This document shows positions 17,327 through 26,378 of a stretch of 28,620 nucleotides of DNA, one piece after another. Origin of the DNA: Verrucomicrobiota bacterium (GTDB taxonomy: Bacteria > Verrucomicrobiota > Verrucomicrobiia > Chthoniobacterales > UBA6821); the NCBI GenBank assembly GCA_008932965.1, contig WBXG01000018.1:1-28620 (forward strand), written 5' to 3'. A program made the position numbers and the translations under genes. The notes under the pieces are model-generated. The model worked only from the letters and a program-made list of their open reading frames with translations, was not told where the DNA came from and did no database searches. Every line of letters starts with the position of its first letter. Position 1 is the stretch's first letter.

Positions 17327-18241
17327 ATGCCATCACCGCTGCACTCTCACACCATTTCACTCACAACAGCTCAGGCAGAGAAGCTGAGGGGGCTTTTGAA
17401 AAATCGGAATTTTGTTTTTGAATCAAAACCCTACACCCTTTTTGCAGGGCATCTCGATCGACTTAGTATTGCTGTTTATGAGAAAGGTCCAAAGCTTTTG
17501 CTTCAAGGACGTGGCATTGAGGATTTCATTACCTTTACCCTAGAACCAGAAATCACTGGAATTGCTTTATTAGGTTATGATGATGTTCATTCCCCCGAAC
17601 AATTCTCCCCACATTTCGGAATTGATGAAAGTGGCAAGGGAGACTTTCTCGGCCCCCTTGTGATTGCTGGGGTTTATGTGAATGAAGAGCTTGCAAAACA
17701 TTTTCGAGATAGTGGCATTCGAGATAGCAAAGGAATCGGGAGTGATAAAAAGATTCGGGAGTTAGCCACCCTCATTCGCAGCTCCCAAGCACCAATAGAA
17801 CGCATTGTTATTTCTCCTCTCAAATATAACGAGCTTTATAAAAACTTTAAGAACCTAAACTCCCTTCTTGCTTGGGGGCACGCACGGGTCTTAGAAAATC
17901 TTTGTGAACGCGTTCCTAACTGCCCTCGTGCCCTCTCCGATAAATTTGCTAACGAACGTGTTCTCCAAAATGCCTTACAAGAAAAAGGAAAGAAATTACA
18001 ACTCGACCAGCGCACGAAGGCAGAATCAGACTATGCTGTTGCTGCTGCTTCCATCATTGCTCGAGAGGGTTTTATCGATTGGTTAGAAAAAGAAGGGAAT
18101 CGTTTACAGATCCTACTTCCCAAAGGAGTCTCAGCAAAGGTCAAACAAACCGCATCCACTCTTCTCAAGCAACATGGACCGCTCATCCTTCCGCAAATCG
18201 CTAAAATGCATTTTAAAACCACTTCAGAAATCACATCCTAA
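17327..18241 (+). CDS. rnhC: ribonuclease HIII
   Basis: The RNase HII/HIII catalytic motif [18 protein letters not shown] is preceded by an N-terminal domain of about 85 aa, which is the RNase HIII architecture. Total length is 304 aa. Confidence 0.85.
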   Translation: MPSPLHSHTISLTTAQAEKLRGLLKNRNFVFESKPYTLFAGHLDRLSIAVYEKGPKLLLQGRGIEDFITFTLEPEITGIALLGYDDVHSPEQFSPHFGIDESGKGDFLGPLVIAGVYVNEELAKHFRDSGIRDSKGIGSDKKIRELATLIRSSQAPIERIVISPLKYNELYKNFKNLNSLLAWGHARVLENLCERVPNCPRALSDKFANERVLQNALQEKGKKLQLDQRTKAESDYAVAAASIIAREGFIDWLEKEGNRLQILLPKGVSAKVKQTASTLLKQHGPLILPQIAKMHFKTTSEITS

Positions 18242-18315
18242 GAGCCCGAATAGCCAGAACCACTATTAGATCTCTTGCAACTTTTGACTTCCCTGATATA
18301 AACATCTGCTTACTC

Positions 18316-18534
18316 ATGGCAAAAGAAGCAGTTATCACTACCGATGGAGTTGTTGTGGAGGTTCTACCTGGCACAATGTTCCGTGTTCGTCTCTCCAATG
18401 GACATGTTGTCCTTTCACATATCTCGGGCAAAATGCGAAAACATTTTATTCGTATTGTTCCTGGGGATAAGGTGACCGTTGAAATGTCTTCTTATGATTT
18501 GACCAAGGCACGTATTATTTTTCGTACCGCATAA
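18316..18534 (+). CDS. infA: translation initiation factor IF-1
   Basis: 72-aa S1-like IF-1 sequence ([60 protein letters not shown]). Confidence 0.95.
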   Translation: MAKEAVITTDGVVVEVLPGTMFRVRLSNGHVVLSHISGKMRKHFIRIVPGDKVTVEMSSYDLTKARIIFRTA

Positions 18535-18538
18535 GCTT

Positions 18539-18967
18539 ATGAATATTCCTGATCCTGCAATTCTCCGAAAAGCTATCGCCATTAAGACCGAATTAGAACA
18601 TCTCGAACAACGTCTTCATGAGCTCTTATTAGAAGCTTCCCCAAAAGATTCTCGGATGATCTCGAAAATTATTGAAAAACCACTTCATACACTCACAGAG
18701 GAGATGGCTCCTACTGTTAAAAAAGAGGACGAAGAAAAAATGTATTCCAGTGAATCAGCAAACCCTCAGGATATTGTTGGAGTACTTTCCTCTTCGGGTA
18801 TTCATCATGAAAATTTATTATTAGTTGATGATGATGGCAACGAGCAACTAGCCTTAATCTCTAAAGAAGAAGCTAATCCCTCTGAGGTAAGGCCTGAACC
18901 TGAATTTTCTTTAAAGGAGAGTTGCTATCTTCCACCGGAATCTCCTGATGGTTCTTCGGTGAGTTAG
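18539..18967 (+). CDS. hypothetical acidic protein (142 aa)
   Basis: The ORF starts 4 nt after the infA stop and ends 13 nt before the next gene. It has a helical/coiled N-terminus and an acidic, low-complexity C-terminal half. I recognise no family. Confidence 0.55.
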   Translation: MNIPDPAILRKAIAIKTELEHLEQRLHELLLEASPKDSRMISKIIEKPLHTLTEEMAPTVKKEDEEKMYSSESANPQDIVGVLSSSGIHHENLLLVDDDGNEQLALISKEEANPSEVRPEPEFSLKESCYLPPESPDGSSVS

Positions 18968-18980
18968 CTTTTCGTTTGGC

Positions 18981-20966
18981 ATGTCAGAACGCCTTGTTTC
19001 AGCAACAATTGCTGAACTTTTTTTTCAAGCTGGTAAGGAGTGGGGCTCCAAACCAGCATTTGCAACACGCTCCCCACGCCTTTCTCATGCTCAGCGTGAT
19101 ATGGAAGTGGACCCTCATCGATGTGGGTTAACTCAAGAAAGTTTTTTCCAATCGGTGAGCTATCGTTCTTGGTGTGACCGAGCCTCTGACTTGGCAACAG
19201 CGCTCATTGACATTGGAGTAGCTGCTCGGGAGCATGTAGGACTCTTAAGTGACAATCGATTTGAATGGATCCTAGCTAATGCAGCAATTCAATTTTGTGG
19301 TGCTGCCGACGTTCCTCGTGCGAGTGATATCACTCCACTAGAAATGTCCTACATTCTCCATCATGCGGAGGTACAGGTGCTCTTTTTAGAAAACGAAGGG
19401 ATGCTTGTGAAATTACAATCCATCCGCAAACAACTTCCTTTTTTAAAAACTATTATCCTTATGGAAGTACCTTCAAATGGACTTCCTGAAGGTATTTTAA
19501 CAATGCATGATTTGGAAGAGAGAGGTAGGAAGCTTCGATCATTAGGTAATCGGTGTATGGAGAAACGGATTGAGGAAATCATTCCCGAAGATCTTTGCAC
19601 CCTCATTTATACCTCAGGAACAACTGGAACTCCCAAAGGAGTTCCTATCACGCATCGATCTCTCTGTTCTCAAATAGAAAACATCACCTTTCACCTTTCC
19701 AAAGAAGAGAGAGCTCTTTCAATATTACCGATTTGGCATAGCTATGAACGTATTTTTGAAATGCTTGTGATCAGCTATGGAGCAACTCTCTATTACACCT
19801 CCATTCGGCACCTTCAAAACGATCTGAAGCGAGTCAAGCCGACCGTTATGGCTTCTGCCCCACGTCTCTGGGAGTCGCTCTATGAAAGGATCATGGCCTC
19901 TGTTGCAGAGCAACACAAAATCATGCAGTTCTTATTTCATGGTGCCCTTGGCTCGGCACATTGGGTGCGTCATGCAAGTGCCTTTTTTCAAGGGATGCAG
20001 CTCGACCTCACAGGAAGAACATGGAAGGAATCCCTCATCATGAGACTCTACCATATGCTACGTTGGAGTCTTGGTATTATTCCCTTTCTCATTCTCGAGC
20101 CATGTGTCTTACGCCGGCTCCGCAATGTGGTAGGAGGCTCCTTCCGGGCAACCATTTCAGGAGGAGGAGCCCTCCCCCCTCATATCGATTCTTTTTTCAA
20201 TGATATTGGGATCCGCATTTTCGAAGGATATGGGTTAACCGAAAGCTCCCCAGTACTTGCAGTTCGAACTGAGAAGAATTTTGTACTTGGAACGGTTGGC
20301 CCCCCTCTCCCAAAAACAGAAATCAAAATCATCGATCTTTTAACAGGAAAAATACTTTATCCTGATAAAAACCGTACTGATCTTGGACGAGGGCGTTCTG
20401 GAGAAATTTGTGCCCGTGGGCCTCAGATCATGAAAGGATATTATAAAAATCCTGAAGCAACAGCAGGTATCTTAAGTGAGGGATGGCTGCGCACAGGAGA
20501 TATTGGAATGATGACTTTTAATGATTGTTTAAAAATCATCGGACGTTGCAAAGAGACCATTGTTCTTCGAAGTGGAGAAAATGTGGAGCCACTTCCCATT
20601 GAATCACGACTTTTAGAATCTCCCTTGATTGAACAATGTATGGTCCTAGGCCAAGATCAAAAACATCTTGGAGCCTTACTCCTTCCTTCACTCCGTGGCT
20701 TTATTAATCATGGTGTAAAGGTGACTTCTCTCGAGGAATTATTACACCTACAAGAAATCCACGCTCTACTGCATCAAGAGGTGCAGCGTCTTATTAGCAA
20801 ATCCCATGGATTTAAATCTTTCGAGCGTATCGGATGCTGGAGAATACTTCCCAAGCCATTTGAAATTGGAGATGAATTAACATCGACCTATAAATTGAAA
20901 AGGCACATTATCACAGATCGGTATCACCATTTGATCCAAGAGATGTATGAAAACCACTGTACCTGA
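18981..20966 (+). CDS. long-chain-fatty-acid--CoA (or ACP) ligase, AMP-dependent synthetase family
   Basis: The AMP-binding motif LIYTSGTTGTPKGV is present, along with GYGLTE, TGDIG and a C-terminal ...KLKR motif. Length is 661 aa. Confidence 0.85.
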   Translation: MSERLVSATIAELFFQAGKEWGSKPAFATRSPRLSHAQRDMEVDPHRCGLTQESFFQSVSYRSWCDRASDLATALIDIGVAAREHVGLLSDNRFEWILANAAIQFCGAADVPRASDITPLEMSYILHHAEVQVLFLENEGMLVKLQSIRKQLPFLKTIILMEVPSNGLPEGILTMHDLEERGRKLRSLGNRCMEKRIEEIIPEDLCTLIYTSGTTGTPKGVPITHRSLCSQIENITFHLSKEERALSILPIWHSYERIFEMLVISYGATLYYTSIRHLQNDLKRVKPTVMASAPRLWESLYERIMASVAEQHKIMQFLFHGALGSAHWVRHASAFFQGMQLDLTGRTWKESLIMRLYHMLRWSLGIIPFLILEPCVLRRLRNVVGGSFRATISGGGALPPHIDSFFNDIGIRIFEGYGLTESSPVLAVRTEKNFVLGTVGPPLPKTEIKIIDLLTGKILYPDKNRTDLGRGRSGEICARGPQIMKGYYKNPEATAGILSEGWLRTGDIGMMTFNDCLKIIGRCKETIVLRSGENVEPLPIESRLLESPLIEQCMVLGQDQKHLGALLLPSLRGFINHGVKVTSLEELLHLQEIHALLHQEVQRLISKSHGFKSFERIGCWRILPKPFEIGDELTSTYKLKRHIITDRYHHLIQEMYENHCT

Positions 20967-22704
20967 TACTCAAGAAACAGCTGATGTATTAGAAAAAATC
21001 GCTCAACTCCTGGAATTACAAGGAGAGAATCCTTTTAAAATTCGTGCCTACCATCATGCTGCACGCTCTTTGGAGCGTCTCTCAGAACCGCTTCAGGTGC
21101 TTGTGGAGGAAAAACGTCTTGGAGCTGTGGAAGGAATTGGTAAAGCCCTCGAAGAAAAAATTGTCGAACTTGTGACAACAGGAAGGCTTGCCTATTACGA
21201 AGAACTACGAAGTCTTTTTCCTCCCTCTCTTTTTGAACTTTTCGAAATACAAGGGTTAGGTGCTAAAAAAATTCGTCTTCTCTATGAAGAGCTTCATATT
21301 GATTCTATCGATGATTTGGAGAAGGAATGCCTTTCTGGCAAAGTGGCATTACTCCCAGGACTAGGTGAAAAATCTGCAATCAATTTTCTTAAAGCAATTG
21401 CTTTCTATCGTCGACAAATAGGAAAATTTCGTTTGGATCAAGCGACTCTTTTAGCTGATTTTCTCATCACTGATTTACGAGCACATCCTGCTGTAGGTCA
21501 ATGCCAGCCTGCTGGAAGTCTTCGACGTCGCAAGGAATCCATTGGTGATCTCGATCTTCTTGTCTCCTCTAAGGATCCTGAAGCGGTAAATTCCTTTTTT
21601 TTAAAACACCCCTTGGTTTCTGAAATCCTCATGCAAGGGCCCACCAAATCGAGTGTTTATCTCAAGAATGAAGAGGGTGAGAGTGGCCTTCAATGTGATT
21701 TACGAGTGGTGAAGCCAGAGGAGTTTCCTTTTGCTCTCCTCTATTTTACTGGAAGCAAAGAACATAATATTCGCCTTCGAAGTCGAGCCCTCGAGTTTGG
21801 CTGGTCACTCAATGAATATGCTTTTACTCCCCAGCAGGAAGCTCCAACTCCACCTCCTGTTCATTCTGAGAAGGAACTTTATGCGGCTTTAAAGCTTGAT
21901 TTCATTCCTCCTGAACTACGCGAAGATCGTGGAGAAATTGCTGCTGCCGCTTTAAGTAAGCTTCCCAAGCTAGTAGAATGGACGGAGCTCAAGGGAACCT
22001 TTCATTGTCACACAAAAGCGAGTGATGGAGAAAATACGCTTCCAGAAATGGCAGAAGCGGCAGAGGCATTAGGATTAGAATATCTTGGGATAGCCGATCA
22101 TAGCAAAAGTTCAGTTCAAGCCCACGGGCTTCATGAAGAGGAGCTTCTTGCGCAAATTCAAGAAATTCGACAGTGGAACCAAGAAAATAAAAACATCCAT
22201 CTCTTTGCTGGATCTGAATGTGATATTTTAAAAGATGGAACCCTCGACTTCTCTAATGAAATCCTCTCTCAGCTTGATTATGTGGTTGCCTCTGTTCATT
22301 CCTCCTTCACCTTAGAGGAAGCAGCCATGACCCAGCGTATTATTCGTGCTATGGAAAACCCCTATGTGACCATGATCGGTCATCTCACAGGACGGCTTTT
22401 ATTTTCTAGAGAACCGTATGCCCTTAATATTCCGGCAATATTAGATGCTGCGGCTGCTACCAAGACACTCATCGAGCTCAATGCTAACCCACGACGTCTC
22501 GATCTTGACTGGCGCTGGTGGCACCTAGCAAAGGAAAAAGGAGTTCTTTGTGTCATTAATCCAGATGCTCATAGCACCTCAGGATTACAGCATCTTCGTT
22601 TTGGAATTGATATTGCACGCAAAGGAGGGCTCACTAGGGAGGATATATTTAATACAGCCTCCTTGAAAACTGTACAAAAAGTGCTCCATAAAAAAAGAAG
22701 CTGA
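20947..22704 (+). CDS. polX: family X DNA polymerase with C-terminal PHP (histidinol-phosphatase-like) domain
   Basis: N-terminal HhH region (IAQLLELQGENPFKIRAYHHAARSL), Pol-beta-like nucleotidyltransferase core (GSLRRRKESIGDLDLLV, LLYFTGSKEHNIRLR) and PHP motifs (HCHTKASDG, IADHS, NPDAHS) are present. The start overlaps the upstream gene by 20 nt. Confidence 0.88.
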   Translation: MKTTVPDTQETADVLEKIAQLLELQGENPFKIRAYHHAARSLERLSEPLQVLVEEKRLGAVEGIGKALEEKIVELVTTGRLAYYEELRSLFPPSLFELFEIQGLGAKKIRLLYEELHIDSIDDLEKECLSGKVALLPGLGEKSAINFLKAIAFYRRQIGKFRLDQATLLADFLITDLRAHPAVGQCQPAGSLRRRKESIGDLDLLVSSKDPEAVNSFFLKHPLVSEILMQGPTKSSVYLKNEEGESGLQCDLRVVKPEEFPFALLYFTGSKEHNIRLRSRALEFGWSLNEYAFTPQQEAPTPPPVHSEKELYAALKLDFIPPELREDRGEIAAAALSKLPKLVEWTELKGTFHCHTKASDGENTLPEMAEAAEALGLEYLGIADHSKSSVQAHGLHEEELLAQIQEIRQWNQENKNIHLFAGSECDILKDGTLDFSNEILSQLDYVVASVHSSFTLEEAAMTQRIIRAMENPYVTMIGHLTGRLLFSREPYALNIPAILDAAAATKTLIELNANPRRLDLDWRWWHLAKEKGVLCVINPDAHSTSGLQHLRFGIDIARKGGLTREDIFNTASLKTVQKVLHKKRS

Positions 22705-22761
22705 CGCAGGTGAGTCTCTTTTTTCCAATTCAGCTTTTTAAAACCTCTATTAACTTTTTTT

Positions 22762-23712
22762 ATGAATCGTCCCACTTCCCAATTCTCTTCCTTCACTATG
22801 GTCAACTACCTCCTCCTTTTAGGATGTGGGCTCATGTGGGGATCCCTTTATTTTTTTAATAAAATTGCCCTTGAGAGCTTTTCAACATCGATGATCGCTG
22901 CAGGTGGGACCAGCATTGGAGCTCTCACCTTGACCCTCATTTTTGTAATTCAAGGAGAACGCACTCAACCCGTCAACCCTCCCCGCTCGTTCTGGCAATG
23001 TTTTCCTGACTTCATTTTAATTGGACTTTTGGAATTAACGATCCCTTGTCTTCTCATTGCATGGGCTGAAGAAAAACTTCCGAGCAGTGCTACTGCTATT
23101 CTCATTGGCACCGTTCCTCTATTTGCAACTATCATGGAAGCAATTTTTGTGAAGGGCAGCACTCTTTCAGCTACTAAGATTTCAGGAATCATACTCGGAT
23201 TTTTAGGGATCATGATTCTTGCTAGGGGGGACTCCTCCCCATTGGACCTTTTCAAAGCAACTAAGACATCTCTTCCACTCATCCCTGTTCTGGCTGTCTT
23301 AGCTGCAGCACTCTGTTATCCTTTTACACTTTTGCTTATTAAACTCCGCTTAGGACCGTGTCTTGGTCCGGTTCATGCGGCACAAGGAATTCTTATTGGA
23401 GCAGTCCTTTCTGCAGTTCCTATCATGCTGTTAATCACAAAGCCATGGAGCATCACCTCCTTTCATCCATTACCTTCTGCATGGCTCGCCTTAATCATGA
23501 TCGGAGTTTTTTGTGAGGGTCTTGTCTACATTCTTTATATACGGCTTATTAATCGAGCAGGCCTCAGCTTTGCTTCCACCTGTAATTATCTTACCCCCCT
23601 CTTTGGTTCCTTTATTGGAATCGCATTTGCAGGAGAAAAAATGACACTGGCCCTCATGGAAGCATTGCTGCTGATTTTGTTCTCACTTTGGCTCTCCGGC
23701 AGAAAGGTTTAA
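22762..23712 (+). CDS. EamA/DMT-superfamily transporter, paralog 1
   Basis: 316-aa protein that looks roughly 10-TM. It is a tandem paralog of 24037..24990, at about 55% aa identity by hand alignment. Shared motifs include NKIALESFSTSMIAAG and SFASTCNYL. Confidence 0.85.
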   Translation: MNRPTSQFSSFTMVNYLLLLGCGLMWGSLYFFNKIALESFSTSMIAAGGTSIGALTLTLIFVIQGERTQPVNPPRSFWQCFPDFILIGLLELTIPCLLIAWAEEKLPSSATAILIGTVPLFATIMEAIFVKGSTLSATKISGIILGFLGIMILARGDSSPLDLFKATKTSLPLIPVLAVLAAALCYPFTLLLIKLRLGPCLGPVHAAQGILIGAVLSAVPIMLLITKPWSITSFHPLPSAWLALIMIGVFCEGLVYILYIRLINRAGLSFASTCNYLTPLFGSFIGIAFAGEKMTLALMEALLLILFSLWLSGRKV

Positions 23713-23980
23713 CCTGGATATTTCATACTGATCGTGACGAGAAGCCCGCGAAGGCTGATAAGGCACCACCGGCGGTCAGGAGACCGCGGGGGAGACTTGC
23801 CCTGGCTTTAAGGGGGCAGCCCTAAAAGGGCGAGACGAGCGGGAGCGAGCGAGTCAACGCAGACGAGTATTCTGACAACGGCTGTATGAGTACATACTGC
23901 CCGAGGAAGACTTCGAGCTTGGGCGCAGTATCCATCTGACTTCCCGGCTTCCGTAGTAGATCGGTATGAAATATCCAGGT
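23712..23980 (+). repeat. long-form MITE-like palindromic element (copy D), ~269 bp
   Basis: Termini ACCTGGATATTTCATACTGATC ... GATCGGTATGAAATATCCAGGT, with TA on both sides. The right arm is identical to copy C over 32 nt (TCCATCTGACTTCCCGGCTTCCGTAGTAGATC). The loop motif GGCTGTATG.GTA.ATACTGCCC is shared with C. An extra GC-rich module lies at about 23757-23878. Confidence 0.85.
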
Positions 23981-24036
23981 TAGTGATCAAAGACCTTTTG
24001 GACTTATGACACTTATGACATTACACTTTATTCTTT

Positions 24037-24990
24037 ATGCCTCATTCCAAATCTACCTCTTTTATGATTATTAATTATCTCCTTCTCTTTGGAGCTGGTC
24101 TGATTTGGGGCTCACAATACATCCTGAACAAAATTGCTCTTGAAAGTTTTTCTACTTCGATGATTGCTGCAGGACGTGTCGGCATCGGGGCTTTCACCCT
24201 CACACTTCTGCTCGGAGCACTATCAGAGAAACATTCTTCTGAAATTCCAAAATATTCTTTTTGGAAAGCACTTCCGGACTTTATTCTCATTGGCCTTCTA
24301 GAGGCAACCTTACCATGCATCCTTGTAGCATGGGCTCAAATTGAACTGGCAAGTAGCATTGTCGCCATTCTTATTGGGACAGTACCATTGTTCACTACAG
24401 TGCTAGAGTCCTTTTTTATTAAAGAAAGTAAGATCTCAACTAACAAAGCCATGGGGATTTTTCTGGGTTTTATTGGTATTGTAGTGCTCGTGTGGCCTCA
24501 ATTTTCTCATGTGGCGATCACAAGAACTTCAGCTCATACCTCACTTTTCTTACCAATAGTTGCAGTGCTTGCTTCAGCACTTTTTTTTGCGATAGCGATG
24601 CTTCTTATTCAAGTACGGCTTGGCTCTCGCTTTGGACCTATCCGTTCTGCTCAAGGGATTCTTGTAGGAGCCACCATCACAACTATTCCACTCATGCTCC
24701 TATGGACAAAGCCATGGAAAATAACCTCTTTTCATCCGACTTCTTCAGCCATCATAGCATTAGTCATTCTTGGTATTTTCTGTGGGGGAATCGTCTATAC
24801 ACTTTTTGTCATGCTCATCCATCGTGCTGGGCCAAGCTTTGCTTCCACCTGTAATTATCTAGTCCCTCCTATTGGGGCTTTTATTGGAATCGCTTTTAGT
24901 AGAGAAAAAATGACACTAACACTTCTTTGCTCCCTGGGCTTAATTCTCTTTTCGTTATGGCTCTCAAGCAAAAAAAAGAAGAGGGGATGA
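24037..24990 (+). CDS. EamA/DMT-superfamily transporter, paralog 2
   Basis: 317-aa polytopic membrane protein, colinear with paralog 1 and ending in a lysine-rich tail (SSKKKKRG). Confidence 0.85.
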   Translation: MPHSKSTSFMIINYLLLFGAGLIWGSQYILNKIALESFSTSMIAAGRVGIGAFTLTLLLGALSEKHSSEIPKYSFWKALPDFILIGLLEATLPCILVAWAQIELASSIVAILIGTVPLFTTVLESFFIKESKISTNKAMGIFLGFIGIVVLVWPQFSHVAITRTSAHTSLFLPIVAVLASALFFAIAMLLIQVRLGSRFGPIRSAQGILVGATITTIPLMLLWTKPWKITSFHPTSSAIIALVILGIFCGGIVYTLFVMLIHRAGPSFASTCNYLVPPIGAFIGIAFSREKMTLTLLCSLGLILFSLWLSSKKKKRG

Positions 24991-25031
24991 TATCGTCAAA
25001 ATTGACTTTATCTTTTTAGAAAATTCAATTT

Positions 25032-26378
25032 TTACTCATGATTTCCTGAAACCGTTCTCCATATACCTTCACTCTCTGTCTCTTTCCATTGTTCTTGTAA
25101 ATGTTCAATAAAATTTCTTGATCCTACTTCACTGAGATTATCTTGAAGTTTTCTGGAGCTATCTTGGAGTTGCGAGACGTTGGTTTGACTCATTCTTAAA
25201 GCACCTTGAAGTTTTAGAATTTCTTCATCAAGAGCCTCTCCATGTTTTGGTGATCTACTCCTTAAGTCTAATAATTGATTGAGATTATTTGCTATCGATG
25301 CGGAGAGCTGATTTTGCTCACCGATTATTTTGTTGAGAGACTGGGTCTCCATCAAGAGATGCTTCATTTTCATATCTGAAAAAAGAAGCTCTGCAATATC
25401 CCGAGCATATTCTTCACTTTTTTGAGGTGTTACGATGGGTTCTCGTAATCCCTCAGGGGATGCCGTCTTTGCAACAGCATTTGCAAGATCACTCAATAAT
25501 GAGATTTTCCGCTCACACTCTTGAAGATCAAGTTGGTTTGTCAACTGCTGAGGATCATCCTTGAGTTCTTCTATGTAAGGTTCTGCAAGGAAACGAATCT
25601 CTTGAACAAAGCTCTCTTCGTGAGTCGGCTCTTCCAAATGCAAGGAACTGAGTGCTTCATTTATTTTATCTTGATGAGCTGACATTGCTGTACAACAAGT
25701 CTGAATAGATTCTCTTTTAGCAATAATTGATTCACGAATATGCTGAAGATCTGAATTGGCTACCTGCGGGAGTTGTACAACAATACTTTCTGATACCTTG
25801 TCTAGCGCTTGGATATAGCTGAGTCGTTTTTTTGAAATACCATTCAAGGTTCTCAATGTATTCTGAATCAATCTTCCATTAATTGTTTCAAGAGGGGGGA
25901 GAGTCTCAGTTTCTATTTGCACAGGAATATTGAGCTCTTTAGGAAGTAGATCTCCCATTTTTTTATGAAGCCACCCAACCGCTCCAGGTTGACTTCCAAG
26001 GGTGATACCCTTAATAGCAGCTTTTTCTCCAAGACGATTCACATATTTAGCAGTTCCTTGAAGTGTCTCTCGAATATAGGGAGCAACTAGATCAAAAGAG
26101 GTACTCTGAGACATCACTTTTTGCTCCTTTGGAGTAAAGAGGGCATCGAAGGATTCTTTACCAAAATTTTCTATGCAGGCTTTTTTGAAATATTCAAATC
26201 GGTAAAATTTACCTCCAATGATAGGCTCCCGTGTTGCTTGAGTACTATCTATGGGAGCAGGTTGAATATTGGGACCAGGACCGTAAATAGCAGGATCTGC
26301 ATGAGCAGGATTAGAAGCATATTCTGCAAGAGAGGAGAGCCTTGAATCTGCTGGTCTATCATCATGCCATCCATTCAA
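25032..26378 (-). CDS. hypothetical coiled-coil-rich protein; probably the 3' portion of a frameshift-interrupted gene
   Basis: 448-aa ORF called from a TTG. Its frame stays open for about 65 more codons upstream (to about 26570) with no ATG, GTG or TTG. The C-terminal half is rich in heptad-like Q/L/E segments. I recognise no family. Confidence 0.6.
   Translation of the reverse strand: MNGWHDDRPADSRLSSLAEYASNPAHADPAIYGPGPNIQPAPIDSTQATREPIIGGKFYRFEYFKKACIENFGKESFDALFTPKEQKVMSQSTSFDLVAPYIRETLQGTAKYVNRLGEKAAIKGITLGSQPGAVGWLHKKMGDLLPKELNIPVQIETETLPPLETINGRLIQNTLRTLNGISKKRLSYIQALDKVSESIVVQLPQVANSDLQHIRESIIAKRESIQTCCTAMSAHQDKINEALSSLHLEEPTHEESFVQEIRFLAEPYIEELKDDPQQLTNQLDLQECERKISLLSDLANAVAKTASPEGLREPIVTPQKSEEYARDIAELLFSDMKMKHLLMETQSLNKIIGEQNQLSASIANNLNQLLDLRSRSPKHGEALDEEILKLQGALRMSQTNVSQLQDSSRKLQDNLSEVGSRNFIEHLQEQWKETESEGIWRTVSGNHE

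Noticed and set aside
18275-18302. Sigma-70-like promoter candidate TTGCAA-16 nt-TATAAA upstream of infA
   Set aside because: It would leave a leader of only about 6-13 nt with no Shine-Dalgarno. infA may simply be co-transcribed with rnhC. The hexamer match in AT-rich DNA is not distinctive.
22705-22725. CGCAGGTGAGTCTC after the polX stop resembles the GTGAGTCTAACGCAG block of element C
   Set aside because: The two sub-motifs are in swapped order, no termini or TA-flanked ends are nearby, and the match is short. Probably coincidental.
23808-23990. 60-aa minus-strand ORF inside element copy D
   Set aside because: It is entirely within the GC-rich repeat module. No equivalent ORF is conserved in copies C or E, so it is not a transposase or a plausible peptide gene.
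24002-24019. Tandem 9-bp direct repeat ACTTATGAC x2 upstream of the second EamA gene
   Set aside because: There are only two units in AT-rich DNA, and no convincing -35/-10 pair or palindromic operator structure. This is insufficient evidence for a regulatory site.
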